Shown here: piece after piece, positions 47,204-55,339 of the stretch | Position numbering within the stretch: position 1 is the stretch's first letter | How the letters are laid out: every line of letters begins with the position of its first letter | NCBI GenBank assembly: GCA_041601615.1 | Contig: JBFIHX010000008.1 | Span: 1-64,000 of the forward strand | From: Thermoplasmatota archaeon | GTDB taxonomy: Archaea; Thermoplasmatota; E2; JACPAO01; JAHFTW01 | DNA: 64,000 nt | Direction: 5' to 3' | The notes under the pieces: model-generated | What the model was told of the DNA's origin: nothing | The model's database searches: none | The model's input: the letters and a program-made list of their open reading frames with translations, nothing else | Made by a program: the position numbers and the translations under genes

Positions 47204-48622
47204 ATGAGCGACCCGATGCGTGCCCTGTCCGTCCTGTCTGTCCTTCTGGCGCTGATGCTCCTGCCCTCCACCCTCGCGCAAGTGCCCGGGATCAAGGATG
47301 CCATCACCGACGGGACCGCCTTCGAATACGACGACGAAGCCAGCGTCGAGCGCATCCGAGCCGTGGCGGACTCGATTTCGGGCAACGGGGTCCATGATTG
47401 CGTACAAATGGTCACATCCGACCCGACCACCGCGTACCGCATGATGGGCACCCCAACGCAAGACGCATTCATCCAAAAGCACCGCAACACCTTCGCGGAT
47501 TTTGGCCTCGCATCCGACTTGCACCACTTCCAAAACGGATCCGCAGCGTTCGGAGTCGGCGGCACCGTGTTCGGAGAGGGCGGCACGAATCTACTTGCCG
47601 TCCTGCCCGGCACCCACCTCGACAAGTGGGTGGTCATCGGCGGCCACTACGACACCCGCGAAGCGACCATCGGCGCCTTGGACAACGGCAGCGGCCTCTG
47701 CTCCGTCTACGAAGTTGCTCGTGCCATGAAGGCCGACGTGGACGCCAATGGCCCCTACGAGGCGAGCATCGTGTTTGCCTGGTACGACGGCGAAGAATGG
47801 GGCCTCTACGGCGCCGTTGCATTCTCCCAAGACACGAAAGTCGCCAAGCGGCTCCTAGGTCTGCCAGAGGATGCCAGCGTGGAGATACTGGTGAGCCAAA
47901 GCTTCGACATGCCCGGCCTCAACTACCCCGCCCGCAACATCTGGGTACAATACGGCGAACCCGTCGACCTCGAAGGCTACGCCGTGCTGAACCTGCGCAC
48001 CGCACCCATCCATGACGAAAACGACTGGACGTGCTGGAGCTACGGCTGCTATGAGGACCTCAAGACCCGCACCGACTTCGAGACGGTACTGCACGCCAAC
48101 ACCAACTACCAATTCCTGGTGCGCGAAGTGGCCTACGACCTCCTGCAATACCCACCCGAATACGTCTGGATCAGCGACGACCACTACGGACGCAGCGACC
48201 ACATCCCCCTCATCGCAGCTGGCGCCGCAGGCATGCGCATCCAAGGCAGCCACGACGAAGAATACCCCTGCTACCACCAACCCTGCGACACCCTCGAATG
48301 GCTCTACCTCCAAGCCGGAAGCCGCGACGAGTTGTTGCTTGCCTACAACACGGAAGCAACCATCGGCGGCACCGTCGCCATGTACGCAGCCCTACGAGGC
48401 GAAGTCGGACCCTACGGCGAACCCTTCTGGGCCGCCAAGCGCGGAGCCAACCTCGCAGACCTCCTTGCCTTGCACCCCTACGTGACTGCCCCCGGCACCC
48501 TCCAAGACGACACGCCCCCCACGGACGCCGAAATCCCCGCGCCAGCCGCCCCCGCCAGCCTCGCCGCCGTCTGCCTCGCCGCCCTCATGCAAGCCCGCCG
48601 CATCACCGGCCGAATTGGATGA
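47204..48622 (+). CDS. Secreted M28-family metallopeptidase with C-terminal anchor
   Basis: Signal peptide; GGHYD, GALDNGSG, GEEWGLYG, RSDH, YHQPCDT; C-terminal IPAP + hydrophobic + RR; start 47204 or 47216. Confidence 0.88.
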   Translation: MSDPMRALSVLSVLLALMLLPSTLAQVPGIKDAITDGTAFEYDDEASVERIRAVADSISGNGVHDCVQMVTSDPTTAYRMMGTPTQDAFIQKHRNTFADFGLASDLHHFQNGSAAFGVGGTVFGEGGTNLLAVLPGTHLDKWVVIGGHYDTREATIGALDNGSGLCSVYEVARAMKADVDANGPYEASIVFAWYDGEEWGLYGAVAFSQDTKVAKRLLGLPEDASVEILVSQSFDMPGLNYPARNIWVQYGEPVDLEGYAVLNLRTAPIHDENDWTCWSYGCYEDLKTRTDFETVLHANTNYQFLVREVAYDLLQYPPEYVWISDDHYGRSDHIPLIAAGAAGMRIQGSHDEEYPCYHQPCDTLEWLYLQAGSRDELLLAYNTEATIGGTVAMYAALRGEVGPYGEPFWAAKRGANLADLLALHPYVTAPGTLQDDTPPTDAEIPAPAAPASLAAVCLAALMQARRITGRIG

Positions 48623-48672
48623 AAACGAACCGCCGCGACGACTCTAAGCCCCGCCGCCCGAATCGTGCCCCG

Positions 48673-48906
48673 ATGCGAACCATCGCCATCCTCCTAGCAA
48701 GCATGTTCGTCCTCCTGGGCGCCTTCAGCACCACTGCAAGCGCCAGCCATGACTGCGACAAGAGCCGCGACGTAGACGCCACACTCGTCAAAGTACACGT
48801 CGAGTACGACGTCGTCTGCGCCAGCCTCGAAGTGTCCCGCTGCACCCTCTACAGCGACCCCGAATACCCCTCGCACCCCTACTGGCGCTGCGAGCGCGTT
48901 CTCTAG
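48673..48906 (+). CDS. Small secreted 4-Cys protein
   Basis: Signal MRTIAILLASMFVLLGAFSTTASA; mature region of about 53 aa with four Cys. Confidence 0.7.
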   Translation: MRTIAILLASMFVLLGAFSTTASASHDCDKSRDVDATLVKVHVEYDVVCASLEVSRCTLYSDPEYPSHPYWRCERVL

Positions 48907-49047
48907 ACACGCACAACAACAGCAGGCATTCTTGAATCCCTGATGAACACCTTCTCCATCTCAACCCATCCAAGCGACACCAATCCGCCGACAAACCGCC
49001 TCTTTCTGGCAAGAATCCTTATGAGCCGCGGCCCCGGCTGCACACCC

Positions 49048-50598
49048 ATGCGCCGCCCCTTGGCCGTCCTCCTGCTTCTGCTCCTGCCCACCCTGGCAGG
49101 CTGCCTTTCCGACTCCGACAAAGATGGCGGACGCGACCTCGAAGTGCTCCCCGACAACCCAACCCACGTCCTCGACGGCAGCACGGAACCAGTAGCGCTG
49201 CTTGCCCCCACCTTCCAACTCCGAGGCCCCCTCGCCACTGCCGACCCCGTGCTTGGCGCCGGTGAACCCAGCATCTGGGTCGCCCTCGACGGCACCATCT
49301 ACGTCGCCTTCCCCGGCTGCGACCAACCAATTACCGGCGATCCGCTGGGCGCCGGCAACTGCCCCCACGGCCCCCTCTACCGAAGCCAAGACGACGGCGC
49401 AACCTTCGAACGCATGAACCAAGCCAGCGACGGCCGCTACTCCCCCGACGGACCCTCCGCCAACGGCGACGCAGACGTAGCCGTGGACAGCGCCGGCACC
49501 GTGTACGTCAGCAACCTCGGCGGAGGCGGCATCCAACTCCACCGCTACGACGGCAATTGGACCTATCTTGGCAACATTGTCCCACCCACCGAAAACCCCA
49601 ACGACGACCCAGACCGACGCGACGGCGCCGACCGCCAATGGCTCGCAGCAGCCGGACCCGGACACGTCATCAACACCTGGATGCGCACCAGCCCCGCCCG
49701 GGACGTGGCCATCAACACCACCTTCGACGGCGGCGCCACCTGGACCGGCACCACCTACTTCGGCAACGACATCGGCTGGCTCGGAACCGTGCAATTTGCA
49801 CCCGATGGCAAACATGCCTACATCCCCTACACCCAACCCATCACGACCGCCCCTGTGGCCGACATCTACGGAGGCCAAGAATTCAGCATGCACGTCGCCT
49901 ACACAGCCGACGGAGGCCTAACCTGGAACGACGTGGACACAGGTGCCCGATGGTTCAGCAGCATGACCGGCGGCCACTGGAGCGGCACCCAAATGGCCCC
50001 CAGCCTCGACGTCACCGGCGACGGCACCGTCGTGCTCGTCTGGGCCCAAGACGAATTCCTGCCCGAAAGCACCCCGCCCTACACCGCCACCAGCGCGTCC
50101 ACCATCCTCTACGCCATCACCAGCAAAGACCACGGCACCACCTGGACCGAGCCCGCCTTCATCACACCCCCGGGTATCGCAGACACGCCGTTTGGCACCA
50201 GCATCATGCCCTGGGTCACAGGCGGCGCAGGCGACCGCTTCGCCGTCACCTTCCTGCACAACGACAGCCCCCTCGATGGCGACTACATTGGCCTATCCTG
50301 GGACGTCATGGCACTCGTCGCCGATGGCATGGGCACCGACGACGAACGCATCGTCTACGCCACCATCGACACCAACGTGCACCAAGGTGGCATCTGCACC
50401 CGAGGCGGACTCTGCATCCTCACCGCCAGCGACCGCGCCCTTTTGGACTTCTTTGAAGCCGACCTTTTGCCCGACGGCCGACTCATCGTAGTCTACCCCG
50501 CCGACCCACTCACCGGAGGCAAGACCATCGAAATGCGCATCGCCATCCAAGACGGCGGGACACTGATGGCCATCCCATCCGAACCCCAAACCGCGTAG
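49048..50598 (+). CDS. Lipoprotein with Asp-box (BNR/sialidase-like) beta-propeller
   Basis: Lipobox LAGC; GEPSI; SQDDGATF, TFDGGATW, TADGGLTW, SKDHGTTW; DRQW. Confidence 0.85.
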   Translation: MRRPLAVLLLLLLPTLAGCLSDSDKDGGRDLEVLPDNPTHVLDGSTEPVALLAPTFQLRGPLATADPVLGAGEPSIWVALDGTIYVAFPGCDQPITGDPLGAGNCPHGPLYRSQDDGATFERMNQASDGRYSPDGPSANGDADVAVDSAGTVYVSNLGGGGIQLHRYDGNWTYLGNIVPPTENPNDDPDRRDGADRQWLAAAGPGHVINTWMRTSPARDVAINTTFDGGATWTGTTYFGNDIGWLGTVQFAPDGKHAYIPYTQPITTAPVADIYGGQEFSMHVAYTADGGLTWNDVDTGARWFSSMTGGHWSGTQMAPSLDVTGDGTVVLVWAQDEFLPESTPPYTATSASTILYAITSKDHGTTWTEPAFITPPGIADTPFGTSIMPWVTGGAGDRFAVTFLHNDSPLDGDYIGLSWDVMALVADGMGTDDERIVYATIDTNVHQGGICTRGGLCILTASDRALLDFFEADLLPDGRLIVVYPADPLTGGKTIEMRIAIQDGGTLMAIPSEPQTA

Positions 50599-50887
50599 GG
50601 AATCGAATCTGCCATCCTCTGGGTGCCGTCCCAAACTCCCCAAACCTTCCAAAATGACCGAAGGCAGTGGAGCCGTAAGTAGTGACGGACCATCTAAGGA
50701 TCTAGGGCTTGGTTCCCAGAACCCGTGCGTGACTCCCACGGCACGAGCAGAATTCAGGTGGATCCCAGATTCTGGAAAAGCATCCTCTCGACCGAGAGAG
50801 TGGAATTACTCTTCAAATTATTGGGAAGTCTCGGCGCCAACCTTAACCATCAATTGGCCTAATAAGTGCTACGCCATCTTGGGGCTC

Positions 50888-51256
50888 ATGCATAAGCAGT
50901 GGGCGCTATTCTTCCTTCTCGTAACTCTCGCTAGCCTTTCAGGTTGCGCCAAGAGTCACGCTCCGCCAGCAGCCCATGTTATCGTAACATTGGTTGACGA
51001 AGCACAAGAGACGTCGATAAAATGGGAAGAGCTGCCCGAAACTGGAAAACATAAAATATTAGAGACTCATTTTAAGATGGCGGCAGTAGATTCAACGATG
51101 GAATCCAGTTTTGAGGTAAACATTGACGAGGCTAATGGCATTAGGATGGGACTGCAGCCAAAATCAGATCCGAACTCCAATGGAGGGTATGATGATTTAT
51201 ATTACATTGTTTTTCAAAACTCTACTTTCCGTGTTATAATATCTGAAATAGGTTAA
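50888..51256 (+). CDS. AT-rich orphan lipoprotein
   Basis: MHKQWALFFLLVTLASLSGC lipobox; markedly AT-rich codons. Confidence 0.65.
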   Translation: MHKQWALFFLLVTLASLSGCAKSHAPPAAHVIVTLVDEAQETSIKWEELPETGKHKILETHFKMAAVDSTMESSFEVNIDEANGIRMGLQPKSDPNSNGGYDDLYYIVFQNSTFRVIISEIG

Positions 51257-51394
51257 CGAGGTTGCATGATGTTATAAGCAAAATCATAATTAGGGATTTA
51301 GTTATTATATACAATCAGTAAATATTACTAAATTTACATCGATAATAGAAAATTAAAGGGGCGCAAGTCGCTTCGCCCCCTGGGCTGTTCAGGC

Positions 51395-51472
51395 CAATTC
51401 GGCCCAATATCACCACCTTTGCTTATATTATGCTTACTCGATGCTGAACTAGACGTGATTACACGTCGGTGA
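51395..51472 (+). promoter_or_regulatory. Island promoter: GGCCCAATATC box, TTATATTA, operator-like palindrome and GGTGA SD
   Basis: Box 51401-51411; TTATATTA 51423-51430; GACGTG-atta-CACGTC 51452-51467; GGTGA 51468-51472. Confidence 0.55.
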
Positions 51473-51477
51473 ACATT

Positions 51478-52776
51478 ATGCATGTAAAACAAATTTGAGC
51501 CACCTTTGTGGTGATAACCCTCCTTGGTGTAATCAACGCCCAAGGCCACGAGAGCAATGGTCCCGAAGGCCCTGCTACCGACTACAAGACCTCCGAATTC
51601 GAGGTTGATACAAGCCAGATGCGCAAGAGCATCAACGAAGGCACGCCCGTGGTTTTGCCCTTTGGGGACATCGGCGCCATTTCGCTGGTCCTGGCGGAGT
51701 TCGACGTGTTCGCTCCGGGCATGAAGATTCGGCCAGTTCACGACGAAACCGGCTCCCCCGTTGGATACGAGCCGTTCCCATACTGGTCCTTTGAGGGCGT
51801 CGTCGCCAACGACCCGACCTCCCGAGCAGTCATTACGATGGACGACAGAGGCCTGTATGGCACCGTGAGGGCTTTTGACGTGCTGATGCACTACAAGCCA
51901 GTCGATGAAGACCATATCCTGGCGAGCGGTGAAATGGCCGTGGTCCGGGCGAAGTGGATCGACAACGGCAGCGCAGGCAGCATCCTCGTTGACGCGGAAA
52001 AGTACGCCATAGACACCGTCCGGGAAAACGATGCATCGCAGTCATCTCAAAGGAGCAGCGCCAAGACGGGTGGCACAATCTACTACAAGTCTCCCGATAC
52101 CAACCGAGTCTACGAGAACGACCTAAGCGTCAGTTGCAACCGCCAGCCTGCCACCGCCAAGTCCCTCGCGGACAAGCGATTCACGGACAAACACAGCAAC
52201 TACGCCACTCGCATCGCCAACGCCTTCGCCATTCAACGAGCTATGTGGGACGCTTACACCTGCAACATCCTAGTCCTCAACAACATCGAGGCGCTACCGT
52301 ATAACTATAGTAGTTCTGGCACTTGTTCCACGCACCTATTGCATTTCCGCCAATTCAACGAGGAAGAGTGGGGAATCAATGCGTATCAACTATTCACTGG
52401 CATTGAGCTTAATGACTGTGATGGAATTGGATACAAGGAAAGTGCCGGGGTGCAAGCCAAGCACTACTATGGGTACCGAACCGAAAATCCAAACAATTGG
52501 TGGGACGACCGTTTGAGCCTCATAGAGGCCGTTGACCACAACCGCTGGTCGGACTCTAACGACCCGGACGAACAGAGCGACCTGGGCCTTGTGAGTGCCC
52601 AAGAAATCGGCCACAACTGGGGCGAGCCAAGCCACCCACAGAGCGCGCAAAACTACCGCTACAACGTAATGGCGGATGGAACGATCTATGACGACCGCGA
52701 TTTCTGGATGACCAATGGAAATTCTTGGAACACTGCGGAGCTTATCGTCAAGGCAACGCAAGGAAAATTCATCTAA
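51478..52776 (+). CDS. Secreted reprolysin/metzincin-like zinc protease homolog; in-frame TGA at codon 7 (possible pseudogene)
   Basis: Prodomain-like N-half; QEIGHNWGEPSH and YNVM Met-turn; ATG 51478 is in frame with the ORF at 51508 but TGA lies at 51496-51498. Confidence 0.65.
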
Positions 52777-53251
52777 CTAGGATTTTCAGCGTCAACTCCC
52801 CCCCCTTTCCCGCTCCACTCCCGTCGGCATGCTTGAATCTAAAGACACCGCCTTGGAACTACCCCAATATATCGCAATTTAGTGCCAGAAATCTTTTAAT
52901 TTTGGGTTAATATGGACTTTCATTATCAAAAATATTGGCATGGTGAAAATTAAGTTTTGCGCATCCCCCTCCTTGGCTGCTCCAAACATGGGCTTCTGGG
53001 TCTACGAGGATTTTTTCCATGTAGCTGGATTTGCTCACGATTGCCCTGCGGTTCACTCCGATGGCTGACGCTGAACCCAAATTCGAATGTGAACAGCCTA
53101 AGGACGCGGCTCGTTTTTGGCGGTCTATCTAAAACCGGGGGCACCAGGGGCCATTGCCTATAGCCTCTCCAGCACCAGGCGCCAACACCGGGTTTTGGAA
53201 GGCACCGCCATCCTCCACAATCCATAAGACGCCGCACCGCTGGAGCGCATC

Positions 53252-53758
53252 GTGGACCGCCGCCAGTGGCTCGAAACCGCCCGCGAAGAATCCGGCTACA
53301 CCAGCACCGACCCGGCGCCGCCTCTCGTGGCCCCGGGAGCGTCGGCCGAAGTGGCAGACCTGGCAGCAAAGCTCCTGGATACGTCGCAGCCCATGTTTCA
53401 ACGCATGCGTGCCGTCTTCGCGCTTCGCAACGTGGGCGGAGCTGCCGCCGTGGACGCACTCGCGTCGGCGTTTCTCGACTCGTCTGCCTTGCTTCGCCAC
53501 GAACTGGCGTACGTGCTTGGCCAAATGGGCGACGCCCACGCGCTGCCCTACCTCGTGAAGGTGCTATCCACCGAGGACGAGCATGTGATGGTGCGACACG
53601 AAGCCGCCGAGGCTCTAGGCGCGATAGGCGATGAGCGCGGGCGCGCCGTGTTGGAACGATTCCTGGCAGACCCGAACCCGGAGGTCTCCGAGTCGTGCGA
53701 GGTCGCCCTCGACCTCCTGGATTGGGTCAATTCGTCGTCGATGGACTACTCGGAGTAA
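53252..53758 (+). CDS. Half-size deoxyhypusine hydroxylase (DOHH)-like HEAT-repeat protein
   Basis: STDPAPP, RAVFALRN, SALLRHELAYVLGQM, MVRHEAAEALGAI, EVSESCEVALD; two HE motifs 33 aa apart. Confidence 0.85.
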   Translation: MDRRQWLETAREESGYTSTDPAPPLVAPGASAEVADLAAKLLDTSQPMFQRMRAVFALRNVGGAAAVDALASAFLDSSALLRHELAYVLGQMGDAHALPYLVKVLSTEDEHVMVRHEAAEALGAIGDERGRAVLERFLADPNPEVSESCEVALDLLDWVNSSSMDYSE

Positions 53759-53765
53759 ACGCGCA

Positions 53766-53969
53766 CTAATTCAGTGGGCAATGGTGGAAGATCCAGCACC
53801 ATCCCGTGTCGCTGAGGACACAGACCCAACCCGTCATCACGTTGTAGACACAGGAAGCGTTCTCCCGGGGAATGCTGTCCGGCATGTGGTCTGCAGCGGC
53901 CGTCGGCGCCAAGGCTGCGGTGCCAAGCACCAGCAGGCAAGTCATGGCGAGTGTGATGGTTTTGTTCAT
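53766..53969 (-). CDS. Small secreted Cys/Trp-rich peptide
   Basis: Signal MNKTITLAMTCLLVLGTAALAPTAAA; mature region CVYNVMTGWVCVLSDTGWCWIFHHC. Confidence 0.7.
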   Translation of the reverse strand: MNKTITLAMTCLLVLGTAALAPTAAADHMPDSIPRENASCVYNVMTGWVCVLSDTGWCWIFHHCPLN

Positions 53970-54013
53970 GGTTTCACGTCCAGCCAGCATTGGGCCGACC
54001 AAGGGAGGACTAC

Positions 54014-55339
54014 TCAGTGGCTTTGTGAACTGTTCGGTGGCCGGCCCGGATGATCCGATGCGCGAATGGGCCCCTCGCCGGTTTCCTCAATTTCTACGTC
54101 AAGGCCCCGAATGAACGTCAAGTCCGGACCACGTTCGCCCGTGACGCGGCGAGGAATGTCGCGGGAAATCCGAGCCATCAATTCGTAGTTCAAGAGGTGC
54201 TGGCCCTCGGCAAACGAATGGACCGTGATTTCCTCATCGCCTTGGTGACCAATCAGCACAACCTCATCGCCGGGGCCGGCCGAAGGCAAGTGCCCCACAT
54301 CCACTTGGACCATGTTCATGTTCACCTGCCCAACAATGGGACAAGGCGTGCCATGAATCAGCACCTGGCCCGCATTCGAGAGCCCCCGAGTGAATCCATC
54401 GCCATAACCCACGGGTAGAATCGCAAGCGTCGTGTCGCGGTTCGTGCGGTGGGCTTGGCCGTATCCCACGAACGTACCCTCTGGAACGTGCTTGACTGCC
54501 ATGATGCGGGTTCGCCAGCTCATGGCCCGGCGCAACCGAAGCGGCCTCGCCTCATCTCGCACACGATACCCTGCCCGCACCTCTGGTGTTGGCCACAAGC
54601 CGTACCCTGCTATGCCGGATCGGACCATTTCCATGCGAAACCGCTCGTCAAGAAGTGCCGCGCTGGAACTACTCACATGCCGCGCCGGCACCGCGCACCC
54701 CGCACTTCGCACTTGGTCGCAGACGGACTCAAACACCTCCATTTGGGCTTGGACTCGGGCTTCATTGCGGCGATCCTCGGCGCCCGCCAGATGCGTGCAA
54801 AGCCCCACCACTTCAATCTCGTCCATGTCCGCAGCAGCACAGATGACATCCACCGCAGAATCCGGTTCGAGTCCCGTGCGGTGCATGCCTGTCTCTACCT
54901 CCACATGCACCCGAAGCGGCAGGCAATCCGAACGATTGCGGGCCGCATCCCGCGCACCCTGCATCGTCGCCTGCCAGTCCGCATCATCGTTGACCCAAGG
55001 CTCCAAGCCGCAGCGAGCAACCCACAGCATGTTCTCCGGCTCCACATGCCCCATGACCTGAATGCGGCTTTGGCCATCACTGGCACCAAGCGCATGCCAA
55101 GCCTCATGGGCGCTGAAGACGGCAAAATCACGCACACCCGCCCCCTCGGCGATGGGCACCACGGCGGCGATGCCATGGCCGTAGGCGTCCGCTTTGATCA
55201 CGAAACACAATCGGGCCGGGTCGAATTCTCGCTGCAACGCTTGCAGATTTCCCTCAAGTCTGCCCTGATCAATCTCAATCCATGTTCCCTGCGCTGGCGG
55301 GGCATCCTCCGGCTCCTGCACCGCGTCGTCTAGGCTCAT
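54014..55339 (-). CDS. alr: Alanine racemase (fold type III PLP)
   Basis: VIKADAYGHG, ETGMHRTG, GLCTHLA, MVRSGI..YG, VGYG, LPVGYGDG, VGQVNM; ATGA overlap with the upstream gene. Confidence 0.93.
   Translation of the reverse strand: MSLDDAVQEPEDAPPAQGTWIEIDQGRLEGNLQALQREFDPARLCFVIKADAYGHGIAAVVPIAEGAGVRDFAVFSAHEAWHALGASDGQSRIQVMGHVEPENMLWVARCGLEPWVNDDADWQATMQGARDAARNRSDCLPLRVHVEVETGMHRTGLEPDSAVDVICAAADMDEIEVVGLCTHLAGAEDRRNEARVQAQMEVFESVCDQVRSAGCAVPARHVSSSSAALLDERFRMEMVRSGIAGYGLWPTPEVRAGYRVRDEARPLRLRRAMSWRTRIMAVKHVPEGTFVGYGQAHRTNRDTTLAILPVGYGDGFTRGLSNAGQVLIHGTPCPIVGQVNMNMVQVDVGHLPSAGPGDEVVLIGHQGDEEITVHSFAEGQHLLNYELMARISRDIPRRVTGERGPDLTFIRGLDVEIEETGEGPIRASDHPGRPPNSSQSH

Noticed and set aside
50600-50880. 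Possible tRNA or att site at the island's left edge (CCGTG/CACGG hairpin)
   Set aside because: No cloverleaf, T-loop or CCA end recognisable; no integrase in the window
51496-51498. Selenocysteine or genome-wide TGA recoding
   Set aside because: The position lies in a signal peptide, no SECIS was recognised, and TGA terminates many conserved genes here (cca, kae1, serS, rnz)
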